A stretch of DNA of 53,881 bases from Octopus bimaculoides (GCF_001194135.2 NC_068991.1:78721726-78775606), one strand, 5' to 3'. Counted from the stretch's first letter, positions 36,640 through 49,380 are shown. Notes: generated by a model from the sequence alone, not told the origin. Program-made: numbers and translations.

Positions 36640-37209
36640 CATATAAAATTTCACTCACTCAACCACACGCTATGACGTATCCCCTACAAACACACATACA
36701 CTTACATAACTATATCCCCATATTTTCTCTTTCTATTTCCTCTCTTCCTCGCTTTACTTCTTTCTATCTGTCTATCCGTCCCTCCCTCTCTCCTCCCCCT
36801 CTCTCTCTCTCGCTGACTCACTCTCTTTCGCTCTTTTCTCTTCCTTTTCTTCCTATGGTTCTCTACGTTTTACTCTATTTTTTGTCTCCCCACCACACAC
36901 ACTCCGCTGTGTTATGGTCTCCAAGATTTAACATCGAAACTCAATGGTTACTAATTATTAAAGCCATATAATCTCGGTCATTAACCTGAATATTTCGTCT
37001 ACAACCTCTGTCATAAATACCGTGTAATGAGAAACATGAAGTAGCGAATATGTTCAAGACTAATCAGTCTCTGTCTTTCTCTTTCTCTCTCCTCCACACA
37101 TGCACACAAACACAAACACTCACACATACACGCGCGCACACACACACACACACTGATGGAGCCACTTAGGCCACATAAATTACGGTGGCCGTCTTTCTGA
37201 AACACGTGA

Positions 37210-37457
37210 ATGTGTGTACGTTATACAGAGCACAAAAACCGATTACTTTATCTGTTTTCCCCTTATGTATATAGGGATGTATGCATGTATGTATGTATGT
37301 ATGTATGTATGTATGTATGTATGTATATATGCATGTGTGTGTATGTATGTATGTATGCATGCGTGTGTGTGTCGACGCATATGTATGTATGTGTCTGTAG
37401 ACGCATACATAGATACATACATGCACACACACACACACATACACACACACACATACA

Positions 37458-37535
<78 letters not shown>

Positions 37536-37540
37536 CACAT
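37210..37540. repeat. Compound (ATGT)n/(CA)n microsatellite
   Basis: Directly visible; one of dozens of microsatellites (TA, CA, GA, ATAG, ATGT, TAA, TTTC) in the window. Confidence 0.95.
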
Positions 37541-37829
37541 GGACTTCCTTCTCTCTCCTGGACTTTCCTCTGGCATCTGACTAAGGATTATGTCCGAAAT
37601 GTTATACTTATACTCTTTAACGTTTACTCTATAACATTTTTCCTTTCTTGGGCTTTTTATATTTATTTTCATTTATATTTATATCTATACATAATTATAT
37701 ACATACACATTTATATAATGCTCCACTTTCGCGCATATTCAGAAATCCAAAGTAATCTATTGTAAAATACCCACACTTGGAACGAGATAAAATGAATAAC
37801 TATAAAAGCAGAGATATTAAATTTATCTC

Positions 37830-38430
37830 CTGAAAACACAAAGGTTAAATTTTCAAAATAATAATCATATAATATCTAGAACAATTTAACTTCTAAAGAG
37901 AAATCTTTTGACCAACTAAACTTTTCCCCTACCTGCATACTTTTGTGGACATTAAAGCACAAGATAAGCAAATTTCTATACTAACAACACCATGACCTAA
38001 AGCTGGCGCACCTGAATGAACGCACCTAATGAGAGAGTTTTATATGCTTGACTGATAAACTCCACCTTCCCAAAACAAACAGGTTAAATCTCCTAAATAA
38101 CATTAAAAATAACTGCTGACCAACTAAACTTCCCACCTACTTATATTCTTTTATGAACCCTTAAAAAATCCATTATCTAAAAGCCGACGCACTTAAATGA
38201 ATACTTATTTACTAAGGTATAAATTCTGGAGTGAATTTTAGCCTTCACATTCCCAAAACAAAAGGTTAAATCTCCCATTAGTATCAAAATAAAAAATAAA
38301 ACACCAACAACAAAACCTAGTGACACATCTGCTTACCAACTAACCTTTTCCTCTACATACATTCTATTGTATGCAAATCCTAAAAGACAACCCCAGGACC
38401 AGAAGCTGACACATCTGAATGGACACAGCT
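37830..38430. repeat. Degenerate tandem triplication, period about 200 bp
   Basis: aggttaaat (about 37842, 38081, 38263), ccaactaa (about 37912, 38120, 38336) and aagcyg-cgcac-tgaat-like (about 38000, 38181, 38403) recur in the same order. Confidence 0.7.
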
Positions 38431-38725
38431 GATTACAAAGTTCTGCAATCCTTAATTTAATCAATGAAAATCTTATATAATATCTTTCGCTCGCAAGCTA
38501 CCTTACGAAATAATTATCATTTATCAGAACCTCACCAACCCCAGAAAATATATAAAACCACACTCAACTCAAATGTACCACAATCCAATCAGGGCTCAGC
38601 AGGCTGAAACTTCGAAGTCACTGTCAATATCATGCTTATTAAAGAATAATAGATCTGAACTCTACAAAAAGTATTGAGTAATCCTTTCGTTTAATGTGAA
38701 ATTGTTTTTATTATAACACACACAC

Positions 38726-38762
<37 letters not shown>

Positions 38763-39745
38763 TACACAAGCACACACACACACACACTCAAATACACACA
38801 CACATGTATGTATGTATTTCTTAAGTATTTATTTATCTATTTATCTGTTTATTTGGATTAACTCTAAAAGACAGATGTTACATATTCACTCCACTCTACA
38901 CACACCAAGAGCTTCATCATTGAAATTCGGATAACAAAAACCTGTTAAATATTGAAATGTATGAAAGCCTTGCATACGTGTACGGTCTCATTTACTGTGT
39001 CTGCAAAGTGATCTTACTTAAGCCCTTCGCCCCCTGTAGAGAGTAATCCTCTTTTCGACCTCTTTTCTCCACTGCACTCGGCCCTGGACTGTCGTTTGTG
39101 ATTCCCTGAGGAAAGAACTTCCTTGTTGGTCTTGTATTGTCATCGATGTTTCTGCAACTTTATGATTTTTCTTGGTAAAGACTTTGGCCCATTTTTACCT
39201 ATTGAAAGAAACGTCCACAATAGCCTGATCTGTATCCTTTGACCTGATTGGCATGAGACGCCCGGCCCCAGCAGGTGTTTGCGATTTGCTAGCATAGTTC
39301 TCAGTGTTGTTGAGGTACTTACACCATCTTGTGGTAAAAAATGTTGTTTGATCACAAATCCTAGTTTTTCCAGATTACCATTCATATATGTATTGGCATA
39401 ACCAAACATATCAACGATTCCTAACATAAATTGAAAACCAGGGTAGAAAAACTGAAGCAATTTTCTATGAATATTTCTCTTCTTTCGTAACATTTTCATT
39501 GCTTTGCACATCTAGAATCATATTCACCAAAGCAAACTTTCATTTTAAAGAACCTAAAGTGTTATTTAAAGAAATTTGTCTACTATTTAAGGAGGTCTGG
39601 CGATTCATGACGAATCGCTAAAAAGAGATGAAAGCTCTGAAAATATAATTTTGATCCAAAATACTGACACCACTTCCAAAAATCTATCCATACGTATGTA
39701 TGTATGTATGTATGTATGTATGTATGTATGTATGTATGTATGTAT

Positions 39746-40125
39746 GGTAAGGGTCTTCCTATGACACTGACATGCAGTGTCTGTGCAAGACCGTGCCTCA
39801 GTAAAACTGGACTCATGAGTCATCTTCGTAGTCATAAACCAAGACCGATGATTGACCACCAGGCCACTGGTGATGATGCTACACACCATACTAATCCTGT
39901 CTGTCAGGCATGTGGAAGGGAGTGTGATTCAGCAGGAGGACTTCAACGACACGCAAAGGTACATGGAGCCCAATTACAACAACAGCCAGCTATTGCCAGT
40001 AAAGGTTTTGAATGCCAACTCTGTGCAAGACATTGTAGATCTTTGGCTGGGCTAAAAAGTCACATTCGATCACAGCACCGTTAAGGTAAGCTTCGTGCAA
40101 TGGCCATACTCGATAACGAGCCATC
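39746..40125 (+). mobile_element. LINE 3' end (RTE/BovB-like) encoding three C2H2 zinc fingers
   Basis: CSVC..HLRSH, CQAC..HAKVH, CQLC..HIRSQH then stop at 40084; short 3' UTR ending ccatcat(gtat)n, as in the 50243 copy. Confidence 0.6.
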
Positions 40126-40962
40126 ATGTATGTATGTATGTACGTATGTATGTATGCATGTCTGTGTGTGTATGTATGAATGTATGTATGCAAATAAGTA
40201 GGGAGCTATGCATGCATGTATATATGGACGCTTGTGATGTATTCATGAATAAATGTATGTATGTTTATATATAATTTATCAATGTACGAATGCATGCGCT
40301 CATGTATGTAATCATGTATGCATGTATGTATCCATATCTATATGTATATATATATGTATATATGTATGAAGGTAGTTATATATGTATGAATATATGGATG
40401 TATACGTGTATGACTGTATTTATGTCCGAATATATGTATTCGTTTACACACATGTGTATGTATTACACTCATGTATGTATGTATATATGAGTCGATAAAT
40501 GTACGCATGGCTGGATGAATATATATAGTTGAATAGAATCAAGGTGAAAATTTTCTGTTTTTATTTAATTTCAATCTATAAAATACGAAATCGAACCTGG
40601 CCTGATTCCAATTCATTATCGAATAATGCTTAAATAGATAAACAGAAACAGGCTGATCTTTCCTTGTAGAGTCCGAAGAAGAAATTGGAAACTACCTGTT
40701 TGCGTCCTTATCGACATAATAATATTGTCTTTTAATCCATCAAGTTATTCTGAGACTGTTTATTTTACCAATGTGAACAAAGCTGAATCGAAAACCCATG
40801 CGTCTACTAATTAAGGTTATTTCATTAAGATCGTTCATTATCAGCTTTCACACATCCATGTACACTTATACAGTGCAGTAAGTATCTATAAGTTATGTAC
40901 TCATTAATAAATATATGAAGTGCATGCAATTACATAAATATAGAGATATTGTCTTTGCATAT

Positions 40963-40997
<35 letters not shown>

Positions 40998-41352
40998 NNN
41001 NNNNNNNNNNNNNNNNNNNNNNNNNNNNNNNNNNNNNNNNNNNNNNNNNNNNNNNNNNNNNNNNNNNNNNNNNNNNNNNNNNNNNNNNNNNNNNNNNNNN
41101 NNNNNNNNNNNNNNNNNNNNNNNNNNNNNNNNNNNNNNNNNNNNNNNNNNNNNNNNNNNNNNNNNNNNNNNNNNNNNNNNNNNNNNNNNNNNNNNNNNNN
41201 NNNNNNNNNNNNNNNNNNNNNNNNNNNNNNNNNNNNNNNNNNNNNNNNNNNNNNNNNNNNNNNNNNNNNNNNNNNNNNNNNNNNNNNNNNNNNNNNNNNN
41301 NNNNNNNNNNNNNNNNNNNNNNNNNNNNNNNNNNNNNNNNNNNTATATATAC

Positions 41353-41385
<33 letters not shown>

Positions 41386-41462
41386 ATGATAATAACAATA
41401 ATGATTATTATTATTAACAACAACAGCAATAATACTACTACTACTACTAATAATAATGATAC

Positions 41463-42515
41463 AAACAAGAGCACCCAGAGAGCGCAAACCTCCGCCAAGG
41501 CAGCACCAATGTCCTCCCAACGATCAGCCGGAGATGATTTTATTAAAATGAGAATATCTGGAATAAACTCGACTACTCTCACAAACGAGAATACTAAAAA
41601 TGAACCTGACCGCTCTCAAAAATTAAGTAAAAAAGCCGGATAAATAATCCAGAATCCTTGTCCGGTACCTGATCGATCCCAATGGTAGTCATGGAATGTG
41701 AAGGTAGGTGTGCGGGCGGTGTTTGTAATGCTGTGTGTGTGTCATCTGCAGTGGGAATAGGGAGTTTTCTCTATGAAGGACTTTTTTAGTCTATCCACTG
41801 ATATAGTGTCTTTACGACCATTAAAATCTATAGTGAAAAATTTATCTGTGCGTGACAGAAAACGGAAAGGAACTGCGTACGGTGCTGCTAGTGGAGGTTT
41901 AACAACATCGTAGCGCACAAAAACGTGAGCCCCAGAAATAAAAATTCCTTCAAAGCAGAGCTAGAAACGCAATTGTCAAGTAGGTAAGAGGTTTTAAACA
42001 GGAGTGATATATTCAAAATTGGTAGAACTAAAACTTGTCGAGGAAAAATTAAATTTATCATTGTTACTGAATATGTTAGTGTTATTTAATTTCTGAACGG
42101 TTTTGCTGCCGTTTGTTTATGTTGTTTGATTTCTTTATTCATCAATTTCTACTAAGATAGAGACGCGAGTAAAATTAATAATAGAGAAACGAAATTAAAA
42201 CTTTGGAAACAGCAACGCCGCTATAACTTACGTGGAAGCCACGAGTGTGCTTTCAAGGGAGATAATCAGATACGAACTTGAAACTGAACGTAAAATCGTA
42301 ATACATCAGGTAAAGTAATGTAAATATAACAAATCATCCAGAATCTTTGTCCGGAACCGGATCGATCCTAAAATCTAATCAGTTAGTGCCAATCACAACA
42401 CCAAACATCCCTCACAGTTTCATCTGAATCCATCCAGCGGTTCTTGAGATATCTTGTCCACGGACAAACAAACAAGCACAACTGAAAACAGAACCTCCGC
42501 CTTCGCTAAGGTAAT
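41463..42515 (+). mobile_element. DINE-1/Helentron-like non-autonomous element, split by about 650 bp of other DNA
   Basis: Starts aacaagagc, carries ctccgccaagg near the 5' end, a (caaa)n core and terminal ctccgccttcgctaaggtaa; a ~33-bp segment is duplicated at about 41648 and 42336. Confidence 0.5.
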
Positions 42516-42669
42516 AAATTCCCTGATACAGTACCAGGAAATGGCTCTCATAGCTTTATGGCTCTCATGGCTTTTGATCTTAACTTATCGGAAGTGCTGT
42601 CATGTACATGTTTCGTCTTGGTATAAAGGATGGGCTGCAGCAAATATTCTGCTCAATACCACAGAGTTG

Positions 42670-42924
42670 ATTGTCAGTTGTTTGACCTTAAACAGTTGAG
42701 CATGTCCCTTAATGGCTGACGATATGTGCATCTCTGATCACGAGCAGAAATAGTGGGGGAGCATCATAGCCATGTGTTGAGAGGAATTCTTTGGGGGTTT
42801 GGATAATTCACCTCTGGAAACATGGGTGCTTCATTCAATATCCTTAAACAACCCTTATTCAGGGATCTATTGAGCGGAATGTGCTACACCACCTGTCTTC
42901 GTCCTTTTTTTTTGTGAATTCTCC

Positions 42925-42959
<35 letters not shown>

Positions 42960-43110
42960 CACACATATACACACACAAATACACACACACACACACACCA
43001 CACAGTCGCACATACACGTTGGGCTTCCGCAATGGTCTCCAGCTTCCAACTCCCACATGTGAACCTGAGGCTATTGTTGAAATCACGTGTCCAAGGCCTC
43101 GCACGAAAGT
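42670..43110 (-). mobile_element. Diverged SINE (family B-like head with a different tail)
   Basis: Reverse complement: ccttggacacgtgatttcaacaatagcctcagg, then a microsatellite, then a tail typical of other interspersed copies. Confidence 0.45.
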
Positions 43111-43429
43111 CCTGCATTGTCTTCCTATGTTGACATCTATCGTTACAATTGTCAGTGTGTATGGCCTGTTATAGCAATGTCACCAGACTTGTACCTCGTT
43201 TCCTGTTGTCATCATTCATATATCTTTGTCACAATAAACTTACGCGGCGATACGTAGTTGACACACGCATTCACAGACCCACTAACAGAAACGCACGCGC
43301 AAAACTCGCTTACATACAATGTGAGATCGAATTACTGTTCCAAAGATTATTTAATTGATTAGCAAAGCCTTAACTCCCCAACAAGCCACAACCAGTATCA
43401 TATTAACATGCTACATTCTTTGTCCTTAC

Positions 43430-43514
<85 letters not shown>

Positions 43515-44584
43515 TCCCTCTCTCTCTCTCTCCCCCCCCTCTCTCTCTCTCTACTTCCCTGTCTCAACTTCACTATTTTCAGTCTCTCTTCCCCTCTTTC
43601 CTCTATATATCTTTTTCTTCTCTACCACTGCTACGTTCCAACAGGCAAACCTTGTATCTCTTGTCTCTTAACGTTCACTCTTCTCTTTCTGTCTATCTCT
43701 TTCTTTTCCCCTTTCTCCGCCTCCTCTCCCTCCCATACTAAACCTACAACTATTGCTTTCCCATCCTCTTACCTAGCAACCCCTACAGCACACATCTTCC
43801 TTTCTCTTGTGATCTCTTCAGTATCTCACTCCACAAATTCCGCGACAAATACTATGTAATTCTTTCTGCAAACCTGTAAAACAGCGATGCCCGAGCTTTT
43901 AATTTTTACTACCAAAGACTCCATTAATTTAAATGACTTTCCTCACAGATACCAGTCCTTTGAAAGGTCTGTGTACATAACAAGTCTTAAACTCAGCTCA
44001 CTGAACTCCAGAAACTTTCTTTGTAAAGTTCTGTAAAGGTCTGTAGAACCCAGGTGGGAAACCGCTTCTCTAGAACTCCAGCCCGTGTTTTCTATCCCGA
44101 TTTATAAGTTCAAGTTGATTACAGCGTAAACTTTACTCTTCTGGGAAAACCTACGAAGATTATAAACGTTGTATTTCTTCTTTGCTCTAATAAAATTTCA
44201 AGGACTACCTGTGGTAGTTTTGTAGTAGCACTATTAGTATTTGTTTTATTATTATTAGTATTTGCAGGGGTAGCAGCAATTATATTTCCTCTGAAGAGCA
44301 GAGATATTAACAATGTAATAAAATTTCAGATTACTTTTGCTGCCTTGGGAACGGTGCCAAAATATTTGAGAACAAACATTGAAAAGCATGATATTAATCT
44401 GGGAGTAATTGCTATACGGAAAACATATCTACAAGATTTAGCGAGAATTATATGGAAAGTCCTCAATATAAAGTAAGAACAGTTATAGAAAGTAAGAAAA
44501 TATCCACGAGTTGTACTTCGATAGGTCATGACACCAATTCCGTGAAATAACAGAACACAGCAACAACAGCAACAAAAATAATCC

Positions 44585-44760
44585 TTTCTACTAAAGCCAC
44601 AAGGCCTGACACTTTGGGGAGAGGATAGGTTGATTACAACGATCCCGATAGGATGAAAGGCAAAGTCGGCCTCGGCGAAATTTGAACTCAGAACGCAAAG
44701 GCGGACGAAGTGCCGCTAAGAATTTTGCCCAGCGTGCTAATGATTCCGCCAGGTCTCTTC
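44585..44760 (-). mobile_element. SINE family A
   Basis: ggatgaaaggcaaagtcggcctcggcgaaatttgaactcagaacg. Confidence 0.75.
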
Positions 44761-44762
44761 CC

Positions 44763-44840
<78 letters not shown>

Positions 44841-45171
44841 NNNNNNNNNNNNNNNNNNNNNNNNNNNNNNNNNNNNNNNNNNNNNNNNNNNNNNNNNNNN
44901 NNNNNNNNNNNNNNNNNNNNNNNNNNNNNNNNNNNNNNNNNNNNNNNNNNNNNNNNNNNNNNNNNNNNNNNNNNNNNNNNNNNNNNNNNNNNNNNNNNNN
45001 NNNNNNNNNNNNNNNNNNNNNNNNNNNNNNNNNNNNNNNNNNNNNNNNNNNNNNNNNNNNNNNNNNNNNNNNNNNNNNNNNNNNNNNNNNNNNNNNNNNN
45101 NNNNNNNNNNNNNNNNNNNNNNNNNNNNNNNNNNNNNNNNNNNNNNNNNNNNNNNNNNNNNNNNNNNNNNN

Positions 45172-45416
45172 AAATAGTGCTCATGGGAACTGCCCATATC
45201 CTACGTAAAATACTGTCTATGTGATCTCAAATTTTAAAGCAAACACATAATTTTCTTATGGTTTCTTAAACATTCACTTGAACAAAACTGTACAAATACA
45301 AATATATGGTACCCTAGGCATAACACCTACATGAACTTCTAACTTGTTGTCTCTTGAGGTCTCTGGGTGAGACTTGGATCCAACTTGTACAAATGCAAAA
45401 CAAAAGTCAAACATAA

Positions 45417-45417
<1 letters not shown>
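45172..45417 (+). mobile_element. Dong-like LINE extreme 3' end
   Basis: IVLMGTAHILRKILSM* then 3' UTR running into (TAA)n. Confidence 0.8.
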
Positions 45418-45479
<62 letters not shown>

Positions 45480-45480
<1 letters not shown>

Positions 45481-46160
45481 TCAACAACAACATATCAAAA
45501 TGTGATAAGTGCAGAATTTGTGGACAAAATGGTGAAACTGTATGGCATATTACCAGCCAATGTACGCCACTAGCCCAGAAGGAATATAAGCCACGACAAA
45601 ATAGCCAGGCTTGTCCATTGGACACTTTGCGACAAGTATGGACTTGACAGAGCAAACAATTGGTACGAGCACAAACCCGAAGGCATCATCGAAAAGGATA
45701 ATGCAAAGATCCTGTGGGATTTTATGATTCAGTGCGACCATGAGATAGAGAATAGGAAGCCAGACATAGTCTTAATTGAGAAAGAAAACAACCTATGCTG
45801 GATCATAGATATAGCATGCCCAGCTGACAACAAGGTGTGCGATAAGGAAGAAAGAAAAGTCGAGAGATATGACAGGTTAGCTTGGGAAGTTAAGCAGTTG
45901 TGATCGATGAAAAAGATAGCAGTAGTACCAATAATTGTCGGAGCCCTGGGAACAGTACGCAAAAATCTCGAGTGGTACGTGCAACAAATAAGAGCTGCAA
46001 TAAGGGTGGAGCACTTGCAGAAAACAGCCCTGCTTAGAACCGCTCGAATACTCCGGAAGGTGCTCGAAAAATAAGGGATGTTACCTTAGTTCACTGGTAG
46101 TGAACAGCTGACACTGTAGTACGTCTCCAGCGTTAGAAGCTGAGAAAAAGCAATAAAAAT
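45480..46160 (+). mobile_element. Dong-like LINE 3' fragment with RLE active-site motif
   Basis: CRICGQNGETVWHITSQC, HWTLCDKYGL, WYEHKPEG, KILWDF, RKPDIVLIEK..WIIDIACPAD, IIVGALG, ARILRKVLEK*. Confidence 0.9.
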
Positions 46161-46179
46161 GATAATAATAATAATAATA

Positions 46180-46264
<85 letters not shown>

Positions 46265-46266
<2 letters not shown>

Positions 46267-46695
46267 TAAGGCAAATAGACCAGATATAGTTGTCAAAGAT
46301 CATGAAGAAAAAAAATGCTTTCTAATTGATGTATCAATACCAGCAGATGACAACGTTTCTCTAAAAGAAATGGAAAAACTTTCAAAATACAAAGACCTGG
46401 AAATAGAGATAACTCGAATGTGGAATCTAAAAACAGAAACAATTCCTATCATAGTAGGTGCCTTAGGTATAATAAAAAAATATTCAGACAAATACATAAC
46501 AAAAACACCAGGACTTACAAATATATATAACATACAGAAAATTGCACTACTGGGTACTGCACACATTCTACGCAAAACACTTTCAATACAGTAAACATAA
46601 GAGCACCACAGCAAACCACAGCACATACCCAAGGCGCACAGAGCTGCGCTCGGTAGTGAAGTGAAAGCACGTTATAAAAATAAAACTACTGAACA
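46265..46695 (+). mobile_element. Dong-like LINE 3' fragment, well preserved
   Basis: Open frame IKANRPDIVVKDHEEKKCFLIDVSIPAD..KYKDLEIEI..IIVGALG..ALLGTAHILRKTLSIQ*; (TAA)n on both sides. Confidence 0.9.
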
Positions 46696-48035
46696 ATAAT
46701 AATAATAATAATAATAATAAGAAGAAGAAGAAGAAGAATAACTAGCTGGACACGTGAAAATTTCACAGAAAATATAAAAAATGTAAGCATCTGTAAATAG
46801 TGGCGTCATTTAATAACTGTTGAATAATTATGTATATGCAGGATCCTGGGAAATTGTACGAAATATAAAAAAAATGTAAGCATCTTTAAATAGCAGCCAT
46901 ATTCAATTATGGAATAATTTTTGTTATTTTTGTGTTATACAACTAACAATCATAAATTTTTATTCAATAATTCACCTGTATCCGCAAGCCTGGTTTCATT
47001 TCGAACAGCAATGTCAATATTATAAAGTTCTTACATTCCAACAACCACAGATTAACGTTTTATGGTTTTATCTTTATCCCGACTGCAATGAACTGGATGG
47101 TCAGACACTTGCAGTTAATGCCAAGCTTATTGAGGACAACACATATTTTAGGGTTCCTTTCCTTCCCCTGCCTCCAATAAGTGTAACTCCAATATGTAGA
47201 GTTACACTTAGATAGGACTGCTTGCTACACAAAGGAAACCACGAGTCTAGCTGGTCTTTTCGAATTCTACGATGAGACGGCCATCACTCTCTGTACCACT
47301 TATGTCTGAGATTCTGGCTACAAACTTTCAGCAACAGACTTTGTCTGTTCGTCGCCTTAAGACTTTCACCTCACCTTCAAACTACCTCCACGATGAACTT
47401 GTGAGGAAAAGGCTGTCCGGAGGCAGGGCCGGTGGCTGGGGAGCGTCCAAGATGTAATCTGCTCAGACTTCAATAACAGATGAAACCTCCATACTTGTTA
47501 TAATGATAACAACGACAACGTCGACGACGACGACGAAAACGAAGGAGACGGAAGTGGCGGAGGAGGAAAAGAAGATGAAAAGAAGATGAGAAGGCGAAAA
47601 ACTACAACAGTTTTAACAACAGCAATAATTACCACATTAATGATATCTGAGAAGGATTATAGTTACGGTCGAAATTGCATAAGTGTTGAATCATTGATTC
47701 GATGAAAAAAGATGAAGCCCCTCAATGAAAAAACAAACATATCGAAAACCGATAATGCGCAATGCACATACAATTTTAAGTTAAAAGAAAATCGCACAAA
47801 AATCCATTATAAATGTTTCTGTTGTTGATGTTGTTGTTGCTTAGCCCAGGGTCGACTCTGATTTTGTTTGGCATGCTCTACATTGTCCACTGTACCTTTC
47901 CGTTTGCTAACAACGTGAATCGATCCTGTTTTAGAGAGCTTATGATCAAAGGTGTTCCAGCCATGACCATGCCGTCCTTTTTTTACAAGTACCGCGTTAA
48001 CAAATGTGTCCTCTCATTTTTGTAGCTCCAGTCGG

Positions 48036-48614
48036 GGATCTTTTTTAAAACGGGGGCCACATTTTTCATTAACGAAACACTTTGAAACTTGGAACACTGG
48101 TAGAATGGGTCATATAAAACATATTTTTCTCTTAGTCTTCTTTAAAAAAAAAAGAAATCCATAAATTATTCCATGTTAAAGTTGTCGTATTTCTGTAATT
48201 TCAACCAATCACTGACGTTCATTCAGCCGATATACATTAAGTGCCGACTACATAAACAAACGATTCTGAAACAATTAATCCTAACCCTAACCCTAACTCT
48301 AACCCTAACCCTAAGGTTAGGGTTAGGGTTAGGGTTAGGGTTAAAGCAAATTTAAAATGAAAAAAGCAAATAAAACGAAGAATCGTTTGTTTATGTAGTC
48401 GGCACTTAATGTATATCGACTGAATGGACGTCAGTGATTGGTTGAAATTATCGAAATAAGACAATTTTTTACATGAAATAAATTCGAATACAAAAATATT
48501 TTTCTGTTCTATAACACAAAATAGATAAGTATACGAAGTTTGAAAGTCTTTCGGTACCAAAAACACTACGTAAAACATTAATGAAAAATGTGGCCCCCGT
48601 TTTAAAAAAGATCC
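48036..48614. mobile_element. 579-bp foldback DNA transposon (MITE-like) with inverted telomeric-repeat core
   Basis: Perfect 37-bp TIRs (48036-48072, 48578-48614); 8-bp direct repeat CCAGTCGG on both sides; inner 72-bp inverted repeat (70/72); (CCCTAA)n 48279-48314 abuts (TTAGGG)n 48315-48343. Confidence 0.9.
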
Positions 48615-49239
48615 CCAGTCGGCCTTGATTCAATAGACTTATGATCAAAAGCATTCTAGCCGTGACCATCCAATCTTTTGCGAACCAAGCGCGACATGCA
48701 CCGACGTGTTCATACGCTGTTTAGCTACAAATCAAGCTTGATCAAGTAGACTTATGAGTAAAGACATTCTAGTCGTGGCCTTCTTCCCGTCTTTTTTCAA
48801 ACATGATGTATCCAGTTCTACATTGGCCAGTATGTCCTTAAGAAACAGCAAAAACATTATGGCAGGACATGCTAAGAGGGAAGTTTGGCTGCTATTTCTT
48901 GCAGGTCAAGCAACCACTGATTGTCACAGTTGTTCATTTTCCCTCTTAGTTTCGTATTCAATAATTGCTTAATGAGAAAACGACTGTACATAAAAGTAAA
49001 TTTTTCTACAACGTTTCAGGGAGGGAAGCTTCCAAGGAGCTCGATTTGATTACTAGAAATAGCAGCAACATTTTCCTCAAATTACACTCATATAAGGAAG
49101 TCCACGTTAGCTAATGCAATCCTATATATACGAACAAGAAGGGATGAACACAACTAAAATGATTTTGATTACAGGTCAGTTCTGTCAGTGCTGACCAAGG
49201 GATAAACAAACACCACCAATATTTATTCCGATTCTTTCC

Positions 49240-49380
49240 TTTCTGCGTTCGAATCCTACCGAGGTTAACTTTGCCTTTCATCCTCCCAGGGTGGATAAAA
49301 TAAGATACCAATGAAATACTAGGGTACGATCTAATCAATTAAAACACCCTTCTACAAATTTGAGGTGTTGTGGATAGAAA
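49240..49380 (+). mobile_element. SINE family A fragment
   Basis: gcgttcgaatcctaccgaggttaactttgcctttcatcc. Confidence 0.65.

Noticed and set aside
34355-37765. Poly-I/R/L/Y and HTHT/CVCV ORFs (e.g. 34416-34787, 37166-37765)
   Set aside because: Translations of microsatellites that lack stop codons in that frame.
39746-40084. Host C2H2-ZNF gene exon
   Set aside because: No splice acceptor, non-canonical linkers, microsatellite boundaries and a LINE-like 3' tail.
1365-46000. Long ORFs made of X residues (e.g. 1365-2165, 3159-3982, 13248-14072, 35875-36658, 40893-41643, 44688-45197)
   Set aside because: Artefacts of translating through N gaps.
48279-48343. Ancient telomere-telomere fusion site
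   Set aside because: A fusion gives (TTAGGG)n(CCCTAA)n; here the order is reversed and the array lies inside a TIR/TSD-bounded element.
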